Assembly: GCA_965221165.1 (NCBI GenBank)
Contig: CBDCRP010000003.1
Span: forward strand, 1,888,001 to 1,952,000
Direction of reading: 5' to 3'
DNA: 64,000 nucleotides
From: a bacterium
GTDB taxonomy: Bacteria > UBA8248
Part shown: positions 18,999-27,911 of the stretch, in pieces
Layout: each line of letters opens with the position of its first letter
Position numbering within the stretch: position 1 is the stretch's first letter
Position numbers and translations under genes: made by a program
Notes under the pieces: model-generated
Told to the model about the DNA's origin: nothing
The model's input: only the letters and a program-made list of their open reading frames with translations
Databases searched by the model: none

Positions 18999-19892
18999 CT
19001 AGTCCAGATCGGGCCGTTCCTCATCCTGATAGTGCCCCAAACCCTTGGGCGCGGCGCCGTTGTTGCGAAGCACGTGCATGGGCGCAGGAACGAGCGGCTT
19101 CCACTGGGTTTCCTCAGGGGGCTCGGGCCACTCGTGAGAGAGATGCTGGTAGGCGTTCGGGCCATCTGCGGCTTCTAAATGCGCGCACATATCGTCGCAC
19201 ACCGAGCGCTGGCCTTCTCTGTCGCCCACGTCTCCCAACATGCGTCCGAAGGGATACTGGATGAACACCGCCCTCGGCACGCAGACCTTCTCCGAGACTT
19301 CAGGCTGATTGCATATCGAGACGGTGGCGATTCCCAAATCTTCCAATCTTCTTTGCAGCAGGCTCACGGACCGCATGCAAAGCGGTCAGACGGGGATGAG
19401 CAAGGCCGCGTCCACGCCCTCTGCGTGCATCTTCTCGGCCATCAGGGGGGCCGTTTTCTTCATTAGGGGATGGAAGTTGGGCGTATAGCCCATGGTGGAG
19501 TAGAGGGTGTCGGCCAGTGCGCCGATTTTTCCCTCGCGCTCGTAATCCAGGAAGATATCCACCGGAAACGAGACGTTCCTGTCGCGTTTCAGATATTCGG
19601 TGTTGATGTGTAAGTGCGAGTATTCGCAATCATCCTGAGCGGCCGTTTTGGGAATCTCCCGGTGCGTGGGGTCTCCCCAGTGCGGCTCGCGCCACTCGCG
19701 CTCATAATCGAAGGAAACGTCTCCCTTCATGAATATGCCCGCCGTGGAGACGAGGGTTACCTTGCACTCCGAGAGCGGTTTTCCCAGCGGCGTCCAAGGC
19801 GTCTTGGCCGGATCGGCAGGCCGCATCGCGCCGATGCGCGTTTTGCTGCCGGGATAATAGACGTATCCATCGACTGTCGTGATTGGTGACAT
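18999..19892 (-). CDS. Selenoprotein, glycine/sarcosine/betaine/D-proline reductase B-like (297 aa, Sec169 in UxxC)
   Basis: Track ORFs 19386..19892 and 18999..19376 are in the same frame, joined by GTC-TGA-CCG-CTT-TGC-ATG (V-U-P-L-C-M). Family motifs PWTPLGKPLSECKVTLVSTAG, DRNVSFP, EGVDAALL and GIATV...VPRAVFIQYPFG lie on both sides of the UGA. Confidence 0.88.
19351..19382 (-). promoter_or_regulatory. Bacterial SECIS-like hairpin
   Basis: Starts 3 nt after the UGA: CUUUGCA-UGCGGUCC-GUGA-GCCUGC-UGCAAAG, with a perfect 7-bp lower stem and an apical-loop G at +19 from the UGA. Confidence 0.72.
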
Positions 19893-19978
19893 GGGAGTTT
19901 TACTCCTCCTCTCGCACTATTCTTATCGTCTCGCCCGCAGAAAACCGGGCCTTGCGTTCTTTGTCCTCATACCATGAA

Positions 19979-20809
19979 TCAATACATCGTATACAAAACG
20001 CACAGGAGTTGATTCGCCAACTCCGCGTTTCCTTCGATTTCAAAGCGGCCGGAAATCTCCATGGCCCCGCGCTTCGCGCGGCCGTATATCATCAGCAGGT
20101 GCGCCTCGCCGTCCGCGGTGATTGTGGCGTCGTGCGCGCCCGACGTGTCGGCGGATTCTTCCGCCTTCTCGCCGGCGACGGTGAGCGTCCACGCGCGATC
20201 GGGCATCTTTGAGCGGAACAGGAAGCGACCATCGAAGGGCGGGTTCTCGCGGACGCCGAAAAGACGGCTCTGGGTCGAGGGCAGGAAGCTCATGATTCCC
20301 TCCACGCTCTGAGATGCAACGCAAGCCTCCGGATCCTCTCCGTAGCGGATGTCCCAGTCGTGCATCGCCAGTTCGACGAGCCTGAGCCCGATCCAGGCGT
20401 CGAGCCGCGTCAGCCCCCGGGGGTGAAAACCGTGCTTGCCCAAGTCGTTAGCAGTAATGTCCCCGAGCGCGCCGTTCACCTCGGCGGCGGAGACGTCGAA
20501 CGCATCCATCATCTCCTCCCTGGGCAGGGCCATGAGTTCCTCGCCCCTGGCGCCGCGGATGGCGAAAAACTCCTTCACGTTGCTACCGTAGGGCGGCTCG
20601 GGCGGCAGGCCCTCCAAGGCCCTGCGAATCGAGTTCGCATAAAAATCGCCCCCCGTCGCCAGGTGGGAGACGGCGTGACGCGCCCGCCAGCCGGGGCAGA
20701 ACGTGTCCACCTCCCAGCGCGCGTCCGAAAAACCGCGCCAGCACGCCGAGAGGCGCTCGGTTTCCGATTTCACCAAAGCGACTCGAGAAAGTTGTTCTTC
20801 AGGGCTCAC
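19979..20809 (-). CDS. DinB/mycothiol-dependent maleylpyruvate isomerase family (MDMPI-like) protein with SCP2-like C-terminus
   Basis: TFCPGWRARHAVSHL and ELAMHDWDI metal-binding His pattern; GGAGG RBS before GTG 20809. Confidence 0.82.
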   Translation of the reverse strand: MSPEEQLSRVALVKSETERLSACWRGFSDARWEVDTFCPGWRARHAVSHLATGGDFYANSIRRALEGLPPEPPYGSNVKEFFAIRGARGEELMALPREEMMDAFDVSAAEVNGALGDITANDLGKHGFHPRGLTRLDAWIGLRLVELAMHDWDIRYGEDPEACVASQSVEGIMSFLPSTQSRLFGVRENPPFDGRFLFRSKMPDRAWTLTVAGEKAEESADTSGAHDATITADGEAHLLMIYGRAKRGAMEISGRFEIEGNAELANQLLCVLYTMY

Positions 20810-21036
20810 GTGGGCGCACCTCCGTCTCGCGCAATCGCGATTCGTCTTTGAAAGAGAAATCCCCATCTCATGAATGGGGAGAGGATTCAAGTATTGCGAA
20901 ACCCGGGGCCGCCGGCAAGGGCCGCAAGCTGGCGGGGGGAGGGGGAGTTCTGCTAGGTTATGGCCTCGTATCGAGGAGAAGCGAGAGGAGGCGGAATCTC
21001 TCGGGAACGCTCCTCTTTTCAGGAGACGAAAAACCC

Positions 21037-22362
21037 ATGTCCCCATTGATGGTGGTCGCCGACGGCGAGGGCAACCTGTTCGAACACCCCGAACTCGAAA
21101 TGGTGGGCGCGCAGGGGGCCGAACCCGTGGCGCCGGAACCCGAGGAACTCTCTCCCCTGCCTGGTGGGAGCAAGTTCTTCACCATCCCGGACAGCATTCC
21201 CGTGGGCGGCGACGCGCAAGAGGACGCGCTCGTGAGCGTGGAGGAAGCGGACTGGGGCGATGGCCCCGCCGCCTTACAGGCCGCCTGCACGTTTCCCTCG
21301 CCCGGGTGGATGCGCACCCTGCTCCCCTTCGCCGAGAGAGACCCCGGCGCGCAGACGCTTCCGCTTTGGGCCTACACCGCGCTGGGTTTCGATGAGGAGA
21401 GCGGCGAATTCGTATGCGCCGCCGTTCGGGTGGATGACTGCCCGCGCTGGGAACCCGAGGAATACGACGACACCGGCCTCACCGGGCGAATCGAGCAGAT
21501 GCGCGTAGCCCACCCCAAAAACCGGATGATCCCCCACCTTGCGCGCTGCGCGCGTGAGTTCCACTGTTTCGCGGCGAAAAACTTCTTCGCCGGCCGCTGG
21601 GAGATGGGACTGCCCATCGCTCCGCTTTGCAACGCGGATTGCAGGGGGTGCATATCCCTCCAGACGGACGACCTCTTCCCGGCAAGCCACCAGCGCATCG
21701 AGATAGTCCCCACACCAGAAGAACTTTGCGAAATCGCCGCTCCCCATCTCGATGGCGCGGAGATGGCCGTCGCCAGCTTCGGCCAGGGATGCGAGGGGGA
21801 GCCGCTGCTTCAGGCAGGCGTCATCGAGCGCGCCTGCCGCCTCATCCGCGAGCGAACATCGCGCGGCACCCTGCACCTGAACACGAACGGCAGCCGGCCC
21901 GAGTGGATGGAGCGTCTTAGCCTGGCGGGCCTGGAGAGCATACGCATCAGCACGAACAGCGTGACGCCCGAGTGGCACCACGCCTATTACCGGCCCGAGA
22001 CGTATGATTTCACCCACGTGGAAGACTGCGTGAAGGCCGCCGTGGACGCAGGGCTCTACACGCAGATCAATTATCTGGTCTTCCCCGGCGTCACGGATCT
22101 GGAAGCCGAGGTCGAGGCGACCCTCGACTTCGCGCTGAGATGCGGCCTGCACGTGATCCAGATGAAAAACCTCTGCATCGACCCCGCGCTCTATCTCGAC
22201 ACCCTGCCCGATATCGGGGACATGGGGGAGGCGATGGGCATGGTGCGGGCCCTGGAGGTCTACCGAAAAGAACTGCCCGACGTGGCTATCCGCTACTTCA
22301 ACCGTCCCAGGGAGGAATGGCACATCGACCCCAAAGCCTCCCCGGTGAGGGCTGTGCGATGA
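21037..22362 (+). CDS. Uncharacterised radical SAM protein
   Basis: CNADCRGC (CxxxCxxC), SFGQGCEGEPLL, LNTNGS; its stop overlaps the rimO start (ATGA). Confidence 0.9.
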   Translation: MSPLMVVADGEGNLFEHPELEMVGAQGAEPVAPEPEELSPLPGGSKFFTIPDSIPVGGDAQEDALVSVEEADWGDGPAALQAACTFPSPGWMRTLLPFAERDPGAQTLPLWAYTALGFDEESGEFVCAAVRVDDCPRWEPEEYDDTGLTGRIEQMRVAHPKNRMIPHLARCAREFHCFAAKNFFAGRWEMGLPIAPLCNADCRGCISLQTDDLFPASHQRIEIVPTPEELCEIAAPHLDGAEMAVASFGQGCEGEPLLQAGVIERACRLIRERTSRGTLHLNTNGSRPEWMERLSLAGLESIRISTNSVTPEWHHAYYRPETYDFTHVEDCVKAAVDAGLYTQINYLVFPGVTDLEAEVEATLDFALRCGLHVIQMKNLCIDPALYLDTLPDIGDMGEAMGMVRALEVYRKELPDVAIRYFNRPREEWHIDPKASPVRAVR

Positions 22363-23762
22363 GTGGAGAACTTCTGCAAATCAAGCCCATATCCGAGATG
22401 CCCCTCGTGCGGCGCGACGCGCCCATACCCTTAGGATCAGAAGCGCCCAGCGCCGCGCTCATATCGCTCGGCTGCGCCAAGAACACGGTGGATTCAGAGA
22501 TCATGCTCGCCGCCCTCGCGGGCGCGGGCTACCGGCTCGTGAGCGAGGCGGAGGACGCGCAGGTCGCCATCGTCAACACATGCGGCTTCATCGAGGATGC
22601 GAAGCGCGAATCGATAGATGTGATTCTGGAGGTCGCCCAGCTTAAAGAAGAAGGCGATCTGGAAACCCTGGTGGTGGCGGGCTGTCTGGCCGAGCGCTAC
22701 CGGGGAGAACTCGCCCAGGGCTTGCCCGAGGTGGATCTGTTCATCGGCACGCGCGAATACGATCAGCTTCCTGCTCTTCTGGGCGGAGGGCGCGGCGGAG
22801 CGCGCGAGGCGTTCTCGGACACCTTGATGGATTACGGCAGGAGGCTGCCGCGCATCCTCGCGGAACCGGGCCCCAGCGCCTATTTGAAGGTTGCCGAAGG
22901 CTGCTCGCGGCCCTGCACGTTCTGCGTGATTCCCAGGTTTCGCGGCAGGTTCCGTTCGCGTCCGCTCGATCTGGTGGTCGAAGAAGCGAGCGCCTTGGCC
23001 TGCGCGGGCGTGCGGGAGGTGAACCTTCTCGCACAGGAGATCACGAGCTACGGGGTCGATCTGGGCCTTGGCTTCTCGCTCGCGCGTCTGCTGGAAGAAT
23101 TGAACCGCACGGAAGGCCTCGACTGGATCCGCGTGCTCTACAACTACCCGCGCGGGGTGACGGACGAGTTGCTCGACGCCTACCGTGACCTCCCAAAGGT
23201 GTGCGAGTACATCGACATGCCGCTCCAGCACGTCGCCACGCCCGTGCTCGCCGCCATGCGGCGCGGCATCGACGAGGCGGGCACGCGCGAACTCGTAGCG
23301 CGTATCAAGGAGAAAATACCCGGCTGCGCGCTCAGGACCACCATGCTCGTCGGCTTTCCGGGGGAGACGGACGAAGATTTCGAACTCCTGCTCGACTTCG
23401 TGAAAGAGACGCGCTTCGCCCGGCTGGGCGGTTTCGTCTTCTCGCCCGAGGATCGCTCCATCGCGGCGCGGCTGCCCGATCAGGTTCCCGTGGAACTCGC
23501 GCGCGAGCGCATGGCGCGGCTCCTGGCGCTTCAGGAGCGCATCATGGCCGAGGACAACGAAGCCCTCATTGGCCAACGGGCGCAGGTGCTCGTCGAGGGC
23601 CTGACGGGAGAGGGACTCCTGCGCGGGCGCACGCGGCTGCAGGCCCCGGAAGTGGACGGCGAGGTATTCCTTCATGAAACTGAAAGCCAGCCGGGAGAGA
23701 TCATCGATTGTGAGATCATCGGCTCAGACGGCGTGGACTTGGTGGCGCGGGGCGTCGACTGA
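22359..23762 (+). CDS. rimO: Ribosomal protein S12 methylthiotransferase
   Basis: SLGCAKNTVDSE, NTCGFIEDAKRES, GCLAERY, CSRPCTFC, YIDMPLQH, TRAM domain ending APEVDG. Confidence 0.93.
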   Translation: MSGELLQIKPISEMPLVRRDAPIPLGSEAPSAALISLGCAKNTVDSEIMLAALAGAGYRLVSEAEDAQVAIVNTCGFIEDAKRESIDVILEVAQLKEEGDLETLVVAGCLAERYRGELAQGLPEVDLFIGTREYDQLPALLGGGRGGAREAFSDTLMDYGRRLPRILAEPGPSAYLKVAEGCSRPCTFCVIPRFRGRFRSRPLDLVVEEASALACAGVREVNLLAQEITSYGVDLGLGFSLARLLEELNRTEGLDWIRVLYNYPRGVTDELLDAYRDLPKVCEYIDMPLQHVATPVLAAMRRGIDEAGTRELVARIKEKIPGCALRTTMLVGFPGETDEDFELLLDFVKETRFARLGGFVFSPEDRSIAARLPDQVPVELARERMARLLALQERIMAEDNEALIGQRAQVLVEGLTGEGLLRGRTRLQAPEVDGEVFLHETESQPGEIIDCEIIGSDGVDLVARGVD

Positions 23763-23785
23763 AGCGAGACTTTAGGAGACATCGA

Positions 23786-24610
23786 ATGAACGAAACATCC
23801 ACATACGACCCGGAAGCCTTTCGGGAATTCGAGCGTACGGGCTGGAACGGCGCTGCGGGAGAATACAACGATCTGTTCGGCGTCATCACCGCGCAGGCGG
23901 TTCCTTCCCTGCTCGACGCCGTGGACGCGCGCTTCGGAACGCGCCTGCTCGACTTGGCCTGCGGGACGGGGGTCGTCTCTGCGGGAGCGCTCATGCGCGG
24001 ATGTACGGTAATGGGGGCGGATTTCGCCCCCGACATGGTAGGCGAGGCCGCCCGCCGCTGGCCGGGGGCCGAGTTCAGGCACTGCGACGCGGAGGAGATG
24101 CCCTTCGAGGATGCGCGCTTCGACGCCGTGGCGAGCAACTTCGGCTTCCTGCACTTCCCGTATCCGGAAGTCGCGCTGGCCGAGACCGCCCGCGTGCTCG
24201 AGTCCGGCGGAAAACTCGCCTTCACCGCCTGGACGCACGACGCGGGCCACCGGGCATTGATGGCGAGGGCCATTCAGGAGCACGGCGATACGAGCGTCCC
24301 CCTCGTGGCCGGCCCGCCCGCCCCGTTCCCCGACGATGATGAAAAATGCGCGCGCGCCTTTGAAGAGGCAGGCTTCACCGCGCCCGAGATCACAGGATTT
24401 ACCCTCTACATGCAGGCGGAAGAGCCCGGCCGGATCATCGAGGTGTTCGAGAAGTCCACCGTGCGCACGGCGTCGCGCTTAAACTCCCAGACGCCCGAGG
24501 CGAGAGAGAGGATACGGGAAGCGTTGGTCGGGATGCTGCGCGAATACGAGCACGACGGAACCATCCAGGTGCCCATGCAGGCCCGGCTCATCTCGGCGCA
24601 GAAGAAATAG
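23786..24610 (+). CDS. Class I SAM-dependent methyltransferase (UbiE-like)
   Basis: LDLACGTG, DAEEMPFEDARFDAV; AGGAG RBS. Confidence 0.9.
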   Translation: MNETSTYDPEAFREFERTGWNGAAGEYNDLFGVITAQAVPSLLDAVDARFGTRLLDLACGTGVVSAGALMRGCTVMGADFAPDMVGEAARRWPGAEFRHCDAEEMPFEDARFDAVASNFGFLHFPYPEVALAETARVLESGGKLAFTAWTHDAGHRALMARAIQEHGDTSVPLVAGPPAPFPDDDEKCARAFEEAGFTAPEITGFTLYMQAEEPGRIIEVFEKSTVRTASRLNSQTPEARERIREALVGMLREYEHDGTIQVPMQARLISAQKK

Positions 24611-24691
24611 GGGGCGAGGAGCGCGCCATGCGGCGGCTTGCGAGCCTGCACCCCCCCTACCCGGTCCAAAACCCTCTTTATTCATGAAACG

Positions 24692-24768
24692 CCTTTATTT
24701 TCAAATAGTTAAATTTTCAGATATTTTTCCTATTTTTCGCCTTTTTTCGGATATTTTCACCAATTCCC
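24692..24768. repeat. AT-rich element with five 10-bp phased T-tract units (copy 1; copy 2 at 37985-38061)
   Basis: aaattttcag/atatttttcc/tatttttcgc/cttttttcgg/atattttcac followed by attccc. Confidence 0.75.
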
Positions 24769-24860
24769 GAGGGAGCTTCGGCGCGAAAGATTTATCCTCA
24801 ATCCCCGAATGAACCAACGAGCGCGCTGCCGTCCCAAGACCGCGCATGAAATTTTCAGGT

Positions 24861-25101
24861 CGTCATTCCGGCGCATGCTGGTGGCAACCGGGAGGTTGAC
24901 CAGAACCACGGGAATGCCAACACCGCAAACCGACCATCAAAACAGATAAAATCAAAAGCAAGGGCAAAGTGAAGTGTCCCGCGTGGGACATTTCTGGATT
25001 CCGGCATGCGCCGGAATGACGGCGTAGAAGAAATAGGGCAGTCGCTCTCAACTACCCAAGACCGCGTTTTTCGTAGGGGCCGCATACATGCGGCCCCTAC
25101 G
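24861..25101. repeat. Palindromic repeat element with 18-bp perfect terminal IRs plus a GTAG REP palindrome
   Basis: CGTCATTCCGGCGCATGC (24861-24878) / GCATGCGCCGGAATGACG (25004-25021); CGTAGGGGCCGCAT-AC-ATGCGGCCCCTACG (25072-25101). Confidence 0.85.
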
Positions 25102-25157
25102 GCAAAGCCATGCGCGGCGATTGCGGGCGGCTCCCGTGATGCAACAAAAGCATCCAC

Positions 25158-26012
25158 CTACGGACTTACGCGGGCGGGCGGCGTCTCGCCGTTCATCCAC
25201 GCGGCGATGGCCGCCACCGTTTCGCGCTCGGCCCCTATGAACCCGTGCGCGCTCATCGCCTGGCAAGGATGGCTCAGCGGCGTGTCTCCCCCGCTCACGG
25301 TAACGAAACCCTTGCGCGGGCTTTTCGTAATCGTGCGGTATGAGGCCACCGCGTCGGGGTAGGTCGTGACCCGGCATTCATCATCCTCATGATGGGCCAT
25401 CAGGACGGGGCTTTCGATGTCCTCCGTATAGAAAACGACGTCCTCCATGCTCGCCGTGAGAACGTAGCCCTTGACGTTCGGGTGCGTCATCACGGACGCC
25501 AGATATGCGACGGACATCGTGCCCCTGCTCGTGCCGATCAGGAACACCTCGCGCGCTCCCTCGCTCACCAGAAAATCCACCGAGGCGCGTATGTCCACAC
25601 GATGCGCCGGGGAAGTCCTGAAAGCATCGTCCAAACCGGAGCTTCTGTCCGAGGGCGCATCGGCGATAGCCGTGACGAACCCCGCCTCGGCGAAGAGCGC
25701 AGAGCTCCTCACCAGAAAATTGGTGTTGAGCCTGAGCCTCTTCCCTTCTTTCCTCGTAATCGGCGTTCCCGAACCGCCCTTGAAGAGAATCACGGCCTTA
25801 TCGCCCGCGTTCGCCGCCCTGGCGATCACAAGTCGCTGCCGTACGCCAAGGCGCGTGGGGAGACGCACGTCCTCCCAGGCGAGCGATGCACCCACCCCGA
25901 AATCGCCGTAGGGCAGGACGTCCACTTTTTCCCGTTCGACTTGCGCAGCTTGCGGCGCACCGACGCCCATAAGAACAAAAGAGAATATCGCCGCCGGAAT
26001 CCATCGCGTCAT
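25158..26012 (-). CDS. Exported alpha/beta hydrolase
   Basis: Signal peptide, GTSRG nucleophile elbow, HHEDDEC, CQAMSAHGF. Confidence 0.85.
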   Translation of the reverse strand: MTRWIPAAIFSFVLMGVGAPQAAQVEREKVDVLPYGDFGVGASLAWEDVRLPTRLGVRQRLVIARAANAGDKAVILFKGGSGTPITRKEGKRLRLNTNFLVRSSALFAEAGFVTAIADAPSDRSSGLDDAFRTSPAHRVDIRASVDFLVSEGAREVFLIGTSRGTMSVAYLASVMTHPNVKGYVLTASMEDVVFYTEDIESPVLMAHHEDDECRVTTYPDAVASYRTITKSPRKGFVTVSGGDTPLSHPCQAMSAHGFIGAERETVAAIAAWMNGETPPARVSP

Positions 26013-26095
26013 CTGTGTGCTCTTTCGTAATCCCTCGGCCCGGGGCGCATCAAAGTCGGGGCGATGCCGTGCCCCATGAACCCGGCGCCGACCAT
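26009..26095 (-). pseudogene. N-terminal remnant of a 3-hydroxyacyl-CoA dehydrogenase (28-codon micro-ORF)
   Basis: Translates MVGAGFMGHGIAP..., matching the GAGxMGxGIA Rossmann start of that family, then degenerates. Its stop overlaps the hydrolase ATG. Confidence 0.65.
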
Positions 26096-26105
26096 GCTTG
26101 TCGTC

Positions 26106-26891
26106 CTATCCCGCGGTATAGCCGCCGTCGGCGTAGAGAATGTGGCCGGTGTAGAAATCAGACGCCCGCGATGCGAGGAACAGGAGCGGCCCTGCCAGAT
26201 CCTCAGGCTCGCTCAGCCGCCCCTTCGGGACCCGGGTCACGATTCCCTCGCGCATCCTGACCGCTTCGGGCGCCTCAGTGAACATCCAGTCCGTCAGGGG
26301 CGAGCGAAAGACGGTCGGCCCAATCGCGTTGACGGTGATTCCCGTCGGGCCCAGTTCGCAGCCCAGCGCTTTCGTGATTCCGTCGACCGCCGCCTTCGAT
26401 GCGCAATAGGCGGTATAGCCTGCGGGGTGGCCGAGCAGCCCGCGCGTCGAGGAGACGAGGACGATCTTGCCGCCTTCGCCCTGCGCCTTCATTTGCCGCG
26501 TTGCGGCGCGCGCCAGCAACCAGGACTGCGTTACGTTGGCGTCCATGACTTCGGCGAATGTGCCGGGCGCCATCTCCTCGATCATCCCTACCTTGTTGAT
26601 GCCCGAGGCGACGACCAGAATGTCGAGTCGGCCGTGGGCCTGGACGGCTTTTCCCACCATGGCGTCCACCGCCGCCTCCGAGTCCGGACGCGCGTTCACC
26701 GCGGCGACCGCTGCCCCGAGCGCCCGGCATTCGCCCGTGACGGCCTCCAGTGCGCCCGCATTACCGGCGACCAGCGTAAGACGGCATCCCGCCTCGGCCA
26801 GGGTGCGCGCGGCGACCGCCCCGAAAGCGCCGGACGCGCCGGTGATCAGCGCAGAGCGTCCGCTGACGTCGAAAAGTTCCGAGGGTTTCAT
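26106..26891 (-). CDS. Short-chain dehydrogenase/reductase (gluconate 5-dehydrogenase-like)
   Basis: TGASGAFG, YCASK, GITVNAIGP, ASDFYTGHILYADGGYTAG. Confidence 0.92.
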   Translation of the reverse strand: MKPSELFDVSGRSALITGASGAFGAVAARTLAEAGCRLTLVAGNAGALEAVTGECRALGAAVAAVNARPDSEAAVDAMVGKAVQAHGRLDILVVASGINKVGMIEEMAPGTFAEVMDANVTQSWLLARAATRQMKAQGEGGKIVLVSSTRGLLGHPAGYTAYCASKAAVDGITKALGCELGPTGITVNAIGPTVFRSPLTDWMFTEAPEAVRMREGIVTRVPKGRLSEPEDLAGPLLFLASRASDFYTGHILYADGGYTAG

Positions 26892-26988
26892 GTCGCGCCG
26901 TCCGGTCCGCCGCCAGGCAGGGCGCGAGAAAACATCGCCCCGGGAATCCATCGCGTCATTCGCGTTTTCTTTCTGCTCATTGTGATTC

Positions 26989-27588
26989 TCACTTGAAGGG
27001 CATGATGGAGCCTGTGCGCTCCATGGGTTTTTCCATGCGCCAGAGCTGTCTTTCGAGTGCCTCTTCCGAACAGGTGGCGAGCATGAGGGAGCGCGCCATG
27101 TGGCGGCTCGGGAGCCTGCGCCCGCCCCGCGTGAGCCGGGAGGGTTCCGCGCCGATGGTGAGGCACTTATCGGGATGCGCCTTGAGGCTCAGGCGGTAGT
27201 TCTCAAAGCGCCAGTTCTGAAGGGCCGTGCCGTCGCACTTTCCGAGCACGAGCTTCGCCCCGTCTGCTGCGGAAGCGGCGGCGACGCACAACCCGTATTC
27301 GGGCATCCTGAGCCGGCCCCTCATGACGGCGGCGGGGTCGAAATGCTCATCGAGGTTCCAGATGCCCTCCTTGCAGGTGTGCGCGACGAGGGCGGCCTCG
27401 GTATTGACGCGGGAGCGGTGCCCCGGAATGTCGACGCAGTGAAACCTCGGCTCATCCAGCGGATAAAACGCTTTAATAAAAACGACGTCCTTCCCGGCGG
27501 CCTGAGCCTGATTCAGGGCGAACGCGCAGAGCACAAAAACCGCCGCCATATACGTCATCACCGCGCACCGAGCGATACGCCGAATCAT
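26989..27588 (-). CDS. Secreted protein with ricin-type beta-trefoil-like domain
   Basis: AAGGAG RBS; signal peptide ending AQA; CVDI, GLCV...LGKCD...QNW, DKCLT...C...QLW repeats. Confidence 0.72.
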   Translation of the reverse strand: MIRRIARCAVMTYMAAVFVLCAFALNQAQAAGKDVVFIKAFYPLDEPRFHCVDIPGHRSRVNTEAALVAHTCKEGIWNLDEHFDPAAVMRGRLRMPEYGLCVAAASAADGAKLVLGKCDGTALQNWRFENYRLSLKAHPDKCLTIGAEPSRLTRGGRRLPSRHMARSLMLATCSEEALERQLWRMEKPMERTGSIMPFK

Positions 27589-27726
27589 CTCCGTCTCCTT
27601 ATCGAGAATGAAGCGGGAGGCAAAGAAATCGTACGCGAAAAGGCTTCCCGGAAAGGATTCTTGAATCTCCACACGGATCATCCCCAGCCATATCGCGGAA
27701 ACTCCTTCCGTTCAAAACGCACCATA

Positions 27727-27852
27727 CTCGAAGGTATAACCCATGCGCCGAGCGGTTCACAATCGCCGCATACCTCGGTCGGCAAACCCTTCTTCCCCGG
27801 TCGAGTTTGACCCTTGCCGGAATAAGCGGGCGCTTCACGAAGCGCCCCTACG
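27727..27852. repeat. 39-bp dispersed repeat, hairpin module and GTAG REP
   Basis: 27727-27765 matches 39151-39189 inverted (37/39); hairpin module 27783-27809 (-); GGGCGCTTCACGAAGCGCCCCTACG. Confidence 0.8.
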
Positions 27853-27911
27853 GGCGAGAATCGTAGGAATTGACCCCGCGCGCATTTCCCCGCATTTGCT
27901 CTTCCCGCGCC

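Noticed and set aside
19386-19388. Nonsense mutation (pseudogene) reading of the TGA
   Set aside because: The TGA falls exactly in a redox (U/C)xxC position and is followed by a SECIS-like hairpin, so Sec recoding is more parsimonious.
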